From assembly GCF_964355755.1 (NCBI RefSeq), contig NC_092670.1, positions 14,370,795-14,434,794 on the forward strand: a stretch of 64,000 bases of DNA, written 5' to 3'. This stretch comes from Antedon mediterranea. Its lineage: Eukaryota; Animalia; Echinodermata. A program made the translations under genes and the position numbers. Below are positions 38,601-53,600 of the stretch, piece by piece (within the stretch, counting starts at the first letter, position 1; every line of letters begins with the position of its first letter). Below the pieces are notes generated by a model that ran no database searches, was not told the DNA's origin, and saw only the letters and a program-made list of their open reading frames with translations.

Positions 38601-41600
38601 GGTATACATATTACAACTACTAAAACATAAACAAAATGATAAACTTTCTTATTTGGTATTTCTTAATCTATTACAGATAATGAAGATCCAATATTTGATT
38701 GCCCCAGTGGCAACATTATGGCATATACAGATGAGACCCAATCATACTCAACTGTTTATTGGAATGTGTCAGTTACTGATAATTCAGGTAATGTTACATA
38801 TAATTGTACAAGGGAATCTGGTGACCAGTTTGAAGGTGTTTGGCCAATTATACAACACAATGTAAGCTGCATAGCACAGGATCCATTTGGAAATGATGAA
38901 TTTTGCTTTTTCTCTGTAACTGTTGATGGTGAGTTATTATGATTTTATTGTATAGAGCTGTGTGTACAAATGTTTATTTTTTGAAATCTTAAGTTTACAG
39001 TAAACAGTAACAATAAATTACAACAAATAACATATTCTCATTAGTTTATTCTTTGATTATTGCAATTCAATATGAATACACACAGTATGTTATATCATAC
39101 CTGGCATACTACTATTTCATCAGATTTCAATCACTCTTGAGTAAAACCTACGCTAATTATTAAAATTAAGAATCTTGTTTAACACATTCAAAGTTAAATA
39201 TTAAAGAAATTAATAAAAATTGTAATTTTGTTTTTCTTATAGATAATGAAAATCCAAATATAACATGTCCAAGTGACTTCAATGTGACAACAGACAATGG
39301 ACAACCAACAGCTTGGATTCAATGGGATGTTGAATACACAGACAACACAGAATCTTTATATGATCTCAGCCTAACAGGATCAGGTTCAAGTTATAATCAA
39401 TCTGGTGAAAACTTTCCAATTGGAACAACAATACTTGAATATATTGTAACTGATGCATTTGGAAACAGTGTTAACTGTACATTTTATGTCACTGTACGAG
39501 GTGAAAATTAGTTATGTAAAATATTTTTAGATAATTTTAATGATTTTCAGTAAAAAAGTTTTCATGGAATTCGGTATAAATAAACATCTTGTCTAAGAAT
39601 ACAAACAAGCCACAAACATCATACCGTCTCACTTGCAATTTTAATTTCTTACCTTTGTGCAATATTTTATTTTCAAGTAATTTTTTCCATTCTTTCTAAA
39701 CAGATGAAGAAGATCCTGTGTTATCGAGCTGTCCAATGAACATTGTTTTGAATACTACAAGTATGTTACCATTCACTAATGCCACTTGGATGACTCCAAA
39801 TGCTACAGATAATTCAGGCAATGTTACCTTAATCTCTACACATAACCCTGGTGATGGTTTTGCAGCAACAACAACTCAAGTTACTTACACAGCAACTGAT
39901 CCGTATGGAAACAAAGACATCTGTACATTCAATGTTACTGTAATTGGTAAGATTTAACATTTTGTATTTAACAATTACTATAAAACATGTTAATGTATTT
40001 AAATTTCTTTAAACAATAGAACTTTTCATAAAGAGAAAGATAAACTGCATTACAAATTTATTTTTTCAATTTATTAAACAGATGCTGAGACTCCTACTTT
40101 GAACTGTGTGTCCAATGTGACTGTGTACACCGATTTAAATTCAGCAACAGCTAATGTTTCCTGGCCAATACCAGAAACAACAGACAACAGTGGGTTAGAA
40201 CCTATATTAACCTCTAACTATGAACCCTATGCACTGTTTGATATTGGAACAACTCTAGTAATGTACACATCAACAGATGCATCAAATAATATGCAAAGTT
40301 GCATGTTTAATGTAACTGTAATTGGTAAGTACGATTAATAGGTATACATATTACAACTACTAAAACATAAACAAAATGATTAACTTTCTTATTTGGTATT
40401 TCTTAATCTATTACAGATAATGAGGATCCAATATTTGATTGCCCCAGTGGCAACATTATGGCATATACAGATGAGACCCAATCATACTCAACTGTTTATT
40501 GGAATGTGTCAGTTACTGATAATTCAGGTAATGTTACATATAATTGTACAAGGGAATCTGGTGACCAGTTTGAAGCTGTTTGGCCAATTATACAACACAA
40601 TGTAAGCTGCATAGCACAGGATCCATTTGGAAATGATGAATTTTGCTTTTTCTCTGTAACTGTTGATGGTGAGTTATTATGATTTTATTGTATAGAGCTG
40701 TGTGTACAAATGTTTATTTTTTGAAATCGTAAGTTTACAGTAACAGTAACAATAAATTACAACAAATAACATAATCTCATTAGTTTATTCTTTGATTATT
40801 GCAATTCAATATGAATACACACAGTATGTTATATCATACCTGGCATACTACTATTTCATCAGATTTCAATCACTCTTGAGTAAAACCTACGCTATTTATT
40901 AAAATTAAGAATCTTGTTTAACACATTCAAAGTTAAATATTAAAGAAATTAATATAAATTGTAATTTTGTTTTTCTTATAGATAATGAAAATCCAAATAT
41001 AACATGTCCAAGTGACTTCAATGTGACAACAGACAATGAACAACCAACAGCTTGGATTCAATGGGATGTTGAATACACAGACAACACAGAATCTGTATAT
41101 GAGCTCAGCCTAACAGGATCAGGTCCAAGTTATAATCAATCTGGTGAAAACTTTCCAATTGGAACAACAATACTTGAATATATTGTAACTGATGCATTTG
41201 GAAACAGTGTTAACTGTACATTTTATGTCACTGTACGAGGTGAATATTTGTTGTGTAAAATATTATTTATGATTTTTGTGATTTGAAGTCTCAGTGTGTT
41301 GTCACCTGCAATGATTGATTTTTTATTTTCTTGTAGTTTTTACCATGTTAACATGTGCAAATCTATAAGCAAAAGCCCACTAGACATTTTTAAACCTTAT
41401 TATAATTATGAGGAAAGCGTTGTAGTCATCCAACCCAAGACAAATTGCTCATTAATTTTTTCAGCACACAATCGTCTTGTGCTGCAATGAAAGCTGTCCG
41501 GAACAGGCAATGTAAAGTTAAACAGCTACACATATTCAAGCAACTCTTTTTAAGGAACTAAATCTAATTTCACTTAAAGTTATAAATACATATCACCAAT

Positions 41601-44600
41601 ACATTTTTGCATTTTTTTCATAACTGTGTATTGATCATAATTTTCCACAAAGATTTTACGACAAATTTATACATACAGGTCATTCAATTATATCCATCTT
41701 TCAAAACATGATCACACTCAGCAAAGAATTTGGTACAAATTGTTGCCTTTTTCATTTTAAAACACCAAAAAAATGCAATTATTTTCAAAAAGATTGCAAA
41801 ATATTATTTATTATCAAGCAACACATGCTTTTACCACTATCAATAGAAAATGTATTATGACGATTTATACTACAACTGAAATGTATCGCTACATGAGAAA
41901 TGTACCGTTTTTTCTGGCTGTTCGACTTTATCGTTTTTATTTAGGTTTTTGCCTATTTTAATTTGAATCTCAATTGGGATCCAGCCACAGCATTGCCATT
42001 TTTCTGTAATTTTCCTTTGCATGTATATTTGTATATGTCAATTTTGTATATTTTGGTAATGGCATCTCTGCCACAAGCCACCATTTTTTGAAATAATTTG
42101 TTATGATTGATTGAAAAGCTTTTAAGTTATAATTGCAGAATGGAAACTAAAATATGTTTTTGTTCTAAGTATGTTAACTCACTTTATTATTTTATCTAGA
42201 TACTGAAAATCCAATGTTGACTTGTCCAGATGACATTGTGAACACGACTGTGATTGGTGAGGCATATGGCATTGCTTATTGGGTTGAACCAAACATTACA
42301 GACAACTCTGGCATGGTTCAAGTCAACATGTCAAACGTTTCTGGTGATCGATTCAATCTAGGCAATACAACAGTTTATTACTACGCTGAAGATCCATATG
42401 AAAACTCTGTTGACTGTAGTTTTATTGTTACAATCAATGGTAATATAATTTATTGTTTTATAACAGTTTGTATAAGATCTCAGTACAAACACATTTATCT
42501 ATTGATGATATACATTTATTCAAGTAGCAAAAAGGCTGAAGTGAGTTTTAATTTGCATGAGAGAAAACATGAAAATGTAAAAATATTCAACAGATATTAT
42601 AAAAATTTATTAATAATAATAATACATAAATTGTTCATTCATAAAATACAAATATTGTACATAACAATTCGTTCATTAAACTTTAATAAACTTTTATTTA
42701 TCAAACGAATCAAATACGAACAGCGCTTGTGTAGCATTTAGCAGCACATTGTTGATATGCTTACTAAACGTCTCATAACTCATGTTTGATAATGTTGAAA
42801 GTTGAAAACCGTTAGACAAATGCTAAAAGTTTTAAAATGCTATAACTCTAAAGAAAATTAATAAAGTGCAAGAAAGAGGATTTACTTTTTTTTTGCTTTT
42901 AGATTTCCAAATACCAATCTTTGATCCATGTCCTAGTGACATAGAGGTGAACACAGATCCTACGCTTCCATATGCTGTAGTAAACTGGACCATTTCTGTA
43001 TATGATAACGTTGGCGTCACTACACTGGAAAACAACCATAACCCTCTTGATCAATTTAGTATCACACTTACAGAGGTAATATATGTTGCAACAGACACTG
43101 ACGGCAATCAAGCGGAGTGTAAATTTAATATCACAGTAACAGGTAACACTCCTTTGAGTAAATTAACTTTTATGAGACACTACAAACTTTCAAATGTGCT
43201 TTATTCTGATTTTCTATTACCTCAAAACCTAGAATTATCTAAGAGTCCCAAATGATCAGCAATTGCTGGATGGATCACTCTCATTAAATATGGTTCAAAT
43301 AAAATAAAATATAAAAAAGAATTAACTTTGCTGATGAATGATAGTGGCCAATCAGCTGAAAAGAAAATAATTATGCAACAGTGTTGAAAGTGTGTAAAAA
43401 CCAGAACTGCACAACCTGTCATTGATGTCTTGTGTCTAAACTCAATTCCTAATCTATCTGTTTAGAATTAGATATTAACATGTTGTTCCTGTGTATACAC
43501 AAACACTGAGCATAGATACAACAAAATAACTGATTCTCATTAGTTTATTGTTTTATTATTGCAACTAAATAAACATGATTCTGTTGCACTTTTGGATAAT
43601 ACATTGGTTGGTTTAAACATTCAACTGTTATTATTAAAGAGTTCAATAAAATTGTAATTTTGTTTTTCTTATAGATAATGAAAATCCAAATATAACATGT
43701 CCCAGTGACTTCAATGTGACAACAAACAATGGACAACCAACAGCTTGGATTCAATGGGATGTTGAATACACAGACAACACAGAATCTTTATATAACCTCA
43801 GCCTAACAGGATCAGGTCCAAGTTATAATCAATCTGGTGAAAACTTTCCAATTGGAACAACAATACTTGAATATATTGTAACTGATGCATTTGGAAACAG
43901 TGTTAACTGTACATTTTATGTCACTGTACGAGGTGAATATTAGTTATGTAAAATATTTTTAGATAATTTTAATGATTTTCAGTAAAAAAGTTTTCATGGA
44001 ATTCGGTATAAATAAACATCTTGTCTAAGAATACAAACAAGCCACAAACATCATACCGTCTCACTTGCAATTTTAATTTCTTACCTTTGTGCAATATTTT
44101 ATTTTCAAGTAATCTTTTCCATTCTTTCTAAACAGATGAAGAAGATCCTGTGATATCGAGCTGTCCAATGAACATTGTTTTGAATACTACAAGTATGTTA
44201 CCATTCACTAATGCTACTTGGATGACTCCAAATGCTACAGATAATTCAGGCAATGTTACCTTAATCTCTACACATAACCCTGGTGATGGTTTTGCAGCAA
44301 CAACAACTCAAGTTACTTACACAGCAACTGATCCGTATGGAAACAAAGACATCTGTACATTCAGTGTTACTGTAATTGGTAAGATTAATGTTTAATTTGT
44401 ATTAAACAATTACTATAAAACATGTTAATGTATTCACAAAGTTTTAAAAAAAAAACTTTTTAAAAAGAGAAAGACAAACTACATTACAAAATGTACTTTA
44501 GATAATGATATTTTTGTCAATTTGTTATTAAAACAGATGCTGAATCTCCTACTTTGAACTGTGTGTCCAATGTGACTGTGTACACCGATTTTAATTCAGC

Positions 44601-47600
44601 TACAGCTAATGTATCCTGGCCAATACCAGAAACAACAGACAACAGTGGGTTAGAACCTATATTAACCTCTAACTATGAACCATATACCCTGTTTGATATT
44701 GGAACAACTCTTGTAATGTACACATCAACAGATACATCAGATAATGGAGAAACTTGCACGTTTAATGTAACTGTAATTGGTAAGTTAACTTTATATGACA
44801 AATTACATTAACACAAATACTAAAATATATAGAAAGTTAAAAGTTCCTAGGTGGTTTTTATTATTTTATTGTAGATAATGAAGATCCAGTATTTGATTGT
44901 CCTGACAACATTATGGCATATACAGATGAGTCACAATCATACTCAACTGTTTATTGGAATGTATCAGTTACTGATAATTCAGGAAATTTAACTTATAATT
45001 GTACAAGTGAATCTGGTGACCAGTTTGATGCTGTTTGGCCAATAATACAACACAATGTAAGCTGTATGGCACAGGATCCATCTGAAAATGAGGCATCTTG
45101 CTTTTTCTCTGTAACTGTTGATGGTGAGTTATTATGATTTTATTGTATAGAGCTGTGTGTACAAATGTTTATTTTTTTTAAATCTATAGTTTACAGTAAA
45201 CAGTAACAATAAATTACAACAAGTAACATATTCTCATTAGTTTATTCTTTGATTATTGCAATTCAATATGAATACACACAGTATGTTATATCATACCTGG
45301 CATACTATACTACTATTTCATCCGATTTCATTCACTCTTGAGTAAAACCTACGCTATTTATTAAAATTAAGAATCTTGTTTAACACATTCAAAGTTAAAT
45401 ATTAAAGAAATTAATAAAAATTGTAATTTTGTTTTTCTTATAGATAATGAAAATCCAAATATAACATGTCCAAGTGACTTCAATGTGACAACAGACAATG
45501 GACAACCAACAGCTTGGATTCAATGGGATGTTGAATACACAGACAACACAGAATCTTTATATGATCTCAGCCTAACAGGATCAGGTTCAAGTTATAATCA
45601 ATCTGGTGAGAACTTTCCAATTGGAACAACAAAGCTTGAATATACAGTAACTGATGCATTTGGAAACAATTCTAGCTGTACCTTTTATGTCACTGTGCGA
45701 GGTGAATATTTGTTGTGTAAAATATTATTTATGATTTTTGTGATTTGAAGTCAATGTGTTGTCACCTGCAATGATTGATTTTTTATTTTCTTGTAGTTTT
45801 TACCATGTTAACATGTGCAAATCTATAAGCAAAAGCCCACTAGACATTTTTTAAACCTTATTATAATTATGAGGAAAGCGTTGTAGTCACCCAACCCCAA
45901 GACAAATTGCTCATTAATTTTTTCAGCACACAATCGTCTTGTGCTGCAATGAAAGCTGTCCAGAACAGGCAATGTAAAGTTAAACAGCTACACATATTCA
46001 AGCAACTCTTTTTAAGGAACTAAATCTAATTTCACTTAAAGTTATAAATACTTATCACCAATACATTTTTGTATTTTTTTCATAACTGTGTATTGATCAT
46101 AATTTTCCACAAAGATTTTACGACAAATTTATACATACAGGTCATTCAATTATATCCATCTTTCAAAACATGATCACACTCAGCAAAGAATTTGGTACAA
46201 ATTGTTGCCTTTTTCATTTTAAAACACCAAAAAAATGCAATTATTTTCAAAAAGATTGCAAAATATTATTTATTATCAAGCAACACATGCTTTTACCACT
46301 ATCAATAGAAAATGTATTATGACGATTTATACTACAACTGAAATGTATCGCTACATGAGAAATGTACCGTTTTTTCTGGCTGTTCGACTTTATCGTTTTT
46401 ATTTAGGTTTTTGCCTATTTTAATTTGAATCTCAATTGGGATCCAGCCACAGCATTGCCATTTTTCTGTAATTTTCCTTTGCATGTATATTTGTATATGT
46501 CAATTTTGTATATTTTGGTAATGGCGTCTCTGCCACAAGCCACCATTTTTTGAAATAATTTGTTATGATTGATTGAACTGCTTTTAAGTTATAATTGCAG
46601 AATGGAAACTAAAATATGTTTTTGTTCTAAGTATGTTAACTCACTTTATTATTTTATCTAGATACTGAAAATCCAATGTTGACTTGTCCAGATGACATTG
46701 TGAACACGACTGTGATTGGTGAGGCATATGGCATTGCTTATTGGGTTGAACCAAACATTACAGACAACTCTGGCATGGTTCAAGTCAACATGTCAAACGT
46801 TTCTGGTGATCAATTCAATCTAGGCAATACAACAGTTTATTACTACGCTGAAGATCCATATGAAAACTCTGTTGACTGTAGTTTTATTGTTACAATCAAT
46901 GGTAATATAATTTATTGTTTTATAACAGTTTGTATAAGATCTCAGTACAAACACATTTATCTATTGATGATATACATTTATTCAAGTAGCAAAAAGGCTG
47001 AATTGAGTTTTAATTTGCATGAGGGAAAACATGAAAATGTAAAAATATTCAACAAATATTATAAAAATTCATTAATAATAATAATACATAAATTGTTCAT
47101 TCATAAAATACAAATATTGTACATAGCAATTCGTTCATTAAACTTTAATAAACTTTTGTTTATCAAACGAATTAAATACGAACAGGGCTAGTGTAGCATT
47201 TAGCAGCACATTGTTGATATGCTTACTAAACGTCTCATAACTCATGTTTGATAGATAATGTTGAAAGTTGAAAACTGTTAGACAAATGCTAAAAGTTTTA
47301 AAATGCTATAACTCTTTAAAGAAAATTAATAAAGTGCAAGAAAGAGGATTTACTTTTTTTTGCTTTTAGATTTCCAAATACCAATCTTTGATCCATGTCC
47401 TAGTGACATAGAGGTGAACACAGATCCTACGCTTCCATATGCTGTAGTAAACTGGACCATTTCTGTATATGATAACGTTGGTGTCACTACACCGGAAAAC
47501 AACCATAACCCTCTTGATCAATTTAGTATCACAGTTACAGAAGTAATATATGTTGCAACAGACACTGACGGCAATCAAGCGGAGTGTAAATTTAATATCA

Positions 47601-50600
47601 CAGTAACAGGTAACACTCCTTTGAGTACATTAACTTTTATGAGACACTACAAACTTTCAAATGTGCTTTATTCCAATTTTCTATTACCTCAAAACCTAGA
47701 ATTATCTAAGAGTCCCAAATGATCAGCAATTGCTCACTCTCATTAAATATGGTTCAAATAAAATAAAATATAAAAAAGAATTAACTTTGCTGATGAAAGA
47801 TAGTGGCCAATCAGCTGAAAAGAAAATAATTATGCAACAGTGTTGAAAGTGTGTAAAAACCAGAACTGCACAACCTGTCATTGATGTCTTGTGTCTAAAC
47901 TCAATTCCTAATCTATCCGTTTAGAATTATTTATTAACATGTTGTTCCTGTGTATACACAAACACTGAGCATAGATACTAGTAGCTGCTACGTAGATGCT
48001 ATGAGCATCTGAAATTGATAAACACTATATAAAAATATTTTTACATAAAACATACAGTATTAGAAAATTAATAATTCTTCCACTTTCACTTGAGTAACTA
48101 ACGTATCATTCAATATTATTTATTTGTAATTGATTTATTTTTTAAAGATAATGAAATTCCGGTAATTGATGGATGTCCTCAAGATGTTAGAATAAACACA
48201 ACAAGTGGTTTATCAACAGGCATGTACAGCTGGCCTCAGCTGAATGCTACCGACAACTCTGGTTTTGTTACTTTGTTTGGTCCTCAACCACCTGGCAACA
48301 CTTTCACAATTGGAGACACGTCGGTCACTTACATTGCTACTGATAATGACAATAATCTGGCTGCATGTGAATTTACAGTTACTGTTAATGGTAATAAACA
48401 GTGTAATTCATGACATTTTTTAGGCATGAATTTTGCATATATTAATTCTATTGAATATTTTACTAGGTAATTTAATAAAATAATAACATTTATTTCCACA
48501 AATAAAAGAAAAAAATTCAGAGTAACATAATAAATATACTGTACAACCAATAATGAACATATATATAATTATTTCACCTATACTTTTAAATTAATTGTGT
48601 AGCTCAAAATGTGTTTAATAATAGGCGAAACTATAGATTTACAGTTATTGCAATGTACAGTAAACAGAATTTCGTTATTAAGCATGTTTAAATGTTATCT
48701 TCTTAAGATATGGAAGCACCAGTAATCAGTAGTTGTCCAGAAGATATGATTGCCTTTGCAGATGTTGGTGACGCCTATGCCAATGTGTCATGGGTTGAAC
48801 CAAGTGCAATGGACAACTCTGGATCTTTCACATTTGAACCTGACAGGGATATCAATAGCGGGTTTCCAATTGGTTCTACCATAGTTACATATACGGCAAT
48901 TGATGAGTCTGGAAATCGGGCAACATGCTCATTTAATATAACAGTATTTGGTAAGCTCTTTATATTTAGTATTTTTAAGTAGATGTGACAGTATTAGTAT
49001 AGGTAAAACAGTTGTCATCCATTTGAATGTGAATATACTTCACAAAATGCACAAGATTTTCTTCATTCACTAGAAAACACTAGAACTAGATTCGCATTTC
49101 TATCGAGCAATAGAACAAATCTTGTTCATCTCGACGAAGAAGACCAATGAACTTTGCTGACACAACCAATACCGATACGTGGGCTGATGAATCAGATGAT
49201 TAACAAAGGAATAACTAAGAAACTCATACGCATCCGCTTGATGGTGATGATGATGATTCTTAAACATGAAAACCTACAATAGATTAGTTATGATGCTATG
49301 TATTTATTGTATTGTATTTACTAATCTCGTTAATTTATTACAGAAAATGATGAAGAGGATCCAGTTTTTGAAAACTGCCCTACAGATATAAATCGCAATA
49401 CCATTGCTGGTAAGAGTTACAATATTGCTGAATGGCCAGATATTGAAGTAACCGATAACATTAAAGTTTACAACACAAGTATGACGCACATGAGTGGAGA
49501 TAACTTCTCTATTGGAATGACAGCGGTTGTGTATACTGCCTTTGATTCAGCTGGAAATGTTATGTACTGTGAATTCATAGTATGGATTATTGGTAATTAA
49601 TGTGTTATTGTTTGTTTTATTGTTGTTATTCAATAATCAATTTTTAAAGAGTATTGCTAAGCTTATATACAATAACTGTTTATTTTTTCTCTTTGTAAAT
49701 AATATTTTACAATTGTTTCAATCTTTTTCATTGTTAATTCATTATTTTTTATGTGATACATTAGAGATGAAATTAATTTGTAAAACAATTATCAGTTTAT
49801 ATTTTATCATTGATAATAATTACTATGTCAGTTATTGATATTGTTAGTTACTTACCTAATTATACCTACTTTAGTGCCTTCAAGACTCCTCTGTTCAATG
49901 GCACCAATTCAAGTTAAATCGATAAAATATGTGTATACTATCATTATACTATAAAAATACTGTAAAATTAAATTGGTTTTAATTAGATGATGAAATTCCA
50001 ACATTGAATTGTCCAGAAGATATTTATCAAGTTGCTTCTACTGGCAAAAATTCATCCAATGTCACATGGAATGAACCAGTAGCTACTGACAACTCCGGAG
50101 AAAACACCCTCACCTCAGATTACAAATCAGGATCCATGTTCTATTTTGGTGAAACGGTTGTTGCTTACACTATCGTGGATCCATCTGGAAACAGCAACAG
50201 CTGCTCATTCACAGTCAATGTTACAGGTTAGTTGACTCCCAGTCCATGAATAAAAATAATAAAGTATCAATCAAAAGTAGCCCTTTCCCTCTAAAATGCT
50301 CACAATATATCTCCTCAGTAATAACACACTCAATGTTCCATTCTGTAGATCATACATACATTATATAATTTATATCAATCCACAGTTTTTTTAATTTGTT
50401 CACTAAACAAAGTAAATTTGTATAAAAAAATATATAGTTGAACTAAATGTGACTAATTAATGAGGTCTATTTAAGTAAGGTGAATTAAATGAAAGCAATC
50501 AGTATGCAAATCAAATGTGGTTAAGTGTATTATTGTGCAAAAAAAAATGGCATTTATAATATTGATGATCATTTTAAATTGTTATTGAATGCATTAATTT

Positions 50601-53600
50601 ACCTCCGCCAAGGAGGTATATGTAATCGATCACGTGTGTTTGTTTGTTAGCAGGATTACTCAAAAAATAATTAGAAGATCTTCCCCAAAATGAAAATACA
50701 GATAGATATGCGGTCAAGGACCATACCATTAAATTTTGGAAGCAATCCGGACCACAGTCCTAATTCTGGACAACTTTTTAGAATTATTTTCAGACCTGCT
50801 AGTGTTAAAAGATAGGACAGAATTTTCAAAAGCCGGGGAGCAAGTAACGAGTAAACTAAAATTGCTTTTCTCGAGAACTACTTGTCCAAAAAACTTCATT
50901 TTTGTTCAAGAGGCAAGAATTATGATTTCTGGTTTGTAATTTAAAAACATAATTAGATTTAATTTACACGTTTTTTAAAGCGAGTAGTTTAAAAAACCTA
51001 TTTCTTTTCAAATTCATTCGTTTGTTTTTCTTGTTGCTGTTCTATTGTTAGTCAGCTGAAGCTATTATTAGTTGAAAGGCTGGTTACACAACCATCAAAC
51101 CAAACTCACATACACATGCTTGTAGTGAAATTAGTCTAAATCACACACAGCATTAAGACACACACAATTTTTCCGGAGACTAAATCTTATATAAAGGAAT
51201 TTTACAGTAGGTTTCTAGTTTGGACTGTTGTCAATCTTTTGAATATTACGTTGCCTTTAAAGATAATTATATACAATTACATTCATAGAAGAAAATCTAA
51301 GCCGGCCAGTGATAATATACTGCTGAAAATGAATTATTGTTTGAATAAAGATGAGGAAATCTATGAGAAAGAAGGTTGCCCTAACCGAGATTCTAACTCA
51401 TAACCTTCTACTTGATTTTTAAAGACCACTGGAGATTTCATAGTATTTTTCAAATTCGATTGGATAACACGAACACCTTCGGCATGGTACGGAGGAACAT
51501 TGTTTGTTCACAAGTGTACGCACGTTCAACCAAGATCAAACTGGTACGCCCTCGTCAATATATTTAAGAAACATTTTCCAGTAACTTGTTTACTTATTGA
51601 TTTTATTAGATAATGAAGCTCCTACCATATCAAATTGCCCAGTAAGTATTACAGTTGAAATGGATGAAGGCAAAAATTCAACAGATGTAACTTCAAATTA
51701 TAATGAGCCAACGATCACTGATAACAACATTCTGTCAGATGTTGAGGTCATCCCAAGTGGTCGGATATTTTTTTCCGGAACAACCACCGTAACTTACACA
51801 GCCATCGATGTATCTGGAAATATAGCAATTTGCTCTTTTGATGTAACAGTTATTGGTAATTTATTCTGTTAGTTTTATGTAATTAGAATATGTTCCATTA
51901 CATACTTATTTAATCTTTTTTAAACAATCTGAAAATTCTATGAATAAACACCTTGAGTATTATTTAAATAAACAATTATACATTGATATTTAGACACTCA
52001 GCCACCAGAATACAGTGAATGCCCTTCTAGTCCAATAGTTGAACTTGTTCCTATGGGAATGGCGAATAGATCTGTATCATGGACAGAACCAACGGCCATG
52101 GATAATGCTGGAGTCTTCAATGAAACATCCACTCATAGACCTGGTGATGATTTTGGAATAGGAACCGTTACAGTTACTTACACAGTTTTTGACGTCTTTT
52201 GGCTAAGCAGTACTTGTATGTTTGAAATAACAGTGCAAGGTATTTATTGCAACTTTTCTTGAGTTATAAAATATACTATTAAAAAAGAATTGTTCATTTT
52301 TAGTACATCACCTTAGTATACCACCATCTACCAAACCTTTGAAACTAATTTTTAGATTTTTTTTTGTTTGTTTACAAATCTTTGTATCTTTATGTACAAT
52401 TTACAATTATTTTTTTATGATCTGAAAAAGTCACCATTTGTGGTGTCACCATAATCAATTGTTTGTATATGAGCCTAAAAACATATCAAATAAATTAAAT
52501 AGCTCAAAATCGTCATTACGTCACCACTACACAACAAGTTACACATGTCTTCACACCTCAATTAATGACATTTTCTGAGAATTTGCAGCCACTGTTTTCT
52601 GTACTCTGTCCACCTTTGTTTTTCACTCAAAATTTATGTTTAATCTGTTCCACGTAAATTTCGACCTTGGTCTTCCCGATAGAAAACCCTACCTACTGTT
52701 GACTTTCCTAATATGTTTCTCTGTTATATACAGACACTGAAAATCCAGTGTTTATGAACTGTCCAACATCTCCAATTGAAGTAGACACAAATGAAGGCCT
52801 AGCATATGCCAACGTGTCATGGGATGATCCTGAACCTATGGACAATTCTGGCGTGTTTACTGTTACTCAAATGGACTATCCTGATGATGGGTTTTACATT
52901 GGTTTTCACACTGTATCGATAACAGCTTTAGATGAAGACGGTAACATTGGTATCTGCTCTTTTACTATTATTGTTGAAGGTAATCTTTTAATTTATGTAT
53001 TCAATTTTTAAAATATAACAATTTCTCTGCAGCAGAAACAGGCATACATTTATTTACTTTTTGTTTTTTATTTCATTTCATTCAATTTACAGGTAATCAA
53101 ACAGTAACATTAATAGTTTTGGGTAGTTATAATTATTCAGTTTCATAATTTTAATTCATGTGGTTTTCAAAACTAATACTACACAATAAAATAGATGAAA
53201 TAAACAAATTATAAATTGTAGTGATCACCTTCTTAGTCCCTTTTAAACTCACAGTGCCACAGGACATATTTACAACGTTCTGGTAGATAACGACACAGTT
53301 ACTTGGATGAGTAGCATTTTATTGCCTTGATTTTCTTTATTTCTTCTCTTATTTCAGATAAGGAAAACCCAGAATTCAATTGTAGCCTTCCTTCTGTAAC
53401 CGTCTACGTCGGTATGAACAGTTCCACTGCACAAGCTGATTGGATATTAGAAGATGCTACTGATAATGTAGGCGTGGTCAGAATGACACAGAGTCACAAC
53501 CAATCATATTACTTTGATATAGGCATGACTATTGTTACGTACAACGCTTGGGATGAAGCTGGCAATGAGGGCTCATGTTCATTCCATGTAATTGTAAAAG

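Larger units (their letters stand above)
35763..41250 (+). repeat. 1,740-bp tandem repeat (D-A-B-C exons plus introns), ~3.1 near-identical copies
   Basis: Exons recur at 36224/37964/39704, 36602/38342/40082, 36937/38677/40417 and 35763/37503/39243/40982. Confidence 0.95.
43520..47979 (+). repeat. ~4.46-kb higher-order duplication (D-A-B-C-D-E-F)
   Basis: 40680-43519 matches ~45135-47979 including long introns; offset 4462 at exon E. Confidence 0.92.

Noticed and set aside
35258-40605. Alternative-frame and antisense ORFs overlapping C-type and other exons
   Set aside because: Shadow frames of HYR exons with no independent coding signal.
35763-41250. Regular repeats as a CRISPR-like or prokaryotic array
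   Set aside because: Units are kilobase-scale exon plus intron blocks with GT-AG sites; no short repeat-spacer structure and no cas genes.
43322-43385. CTGATGA...GAAA resembling a hammerhead ribozyme (similar motifs at ~15157 and ~49182)
   Set aside because: Stem III and a valid NUH cleavage triplet are missing; GAAA is absent or misplaced in the other two.
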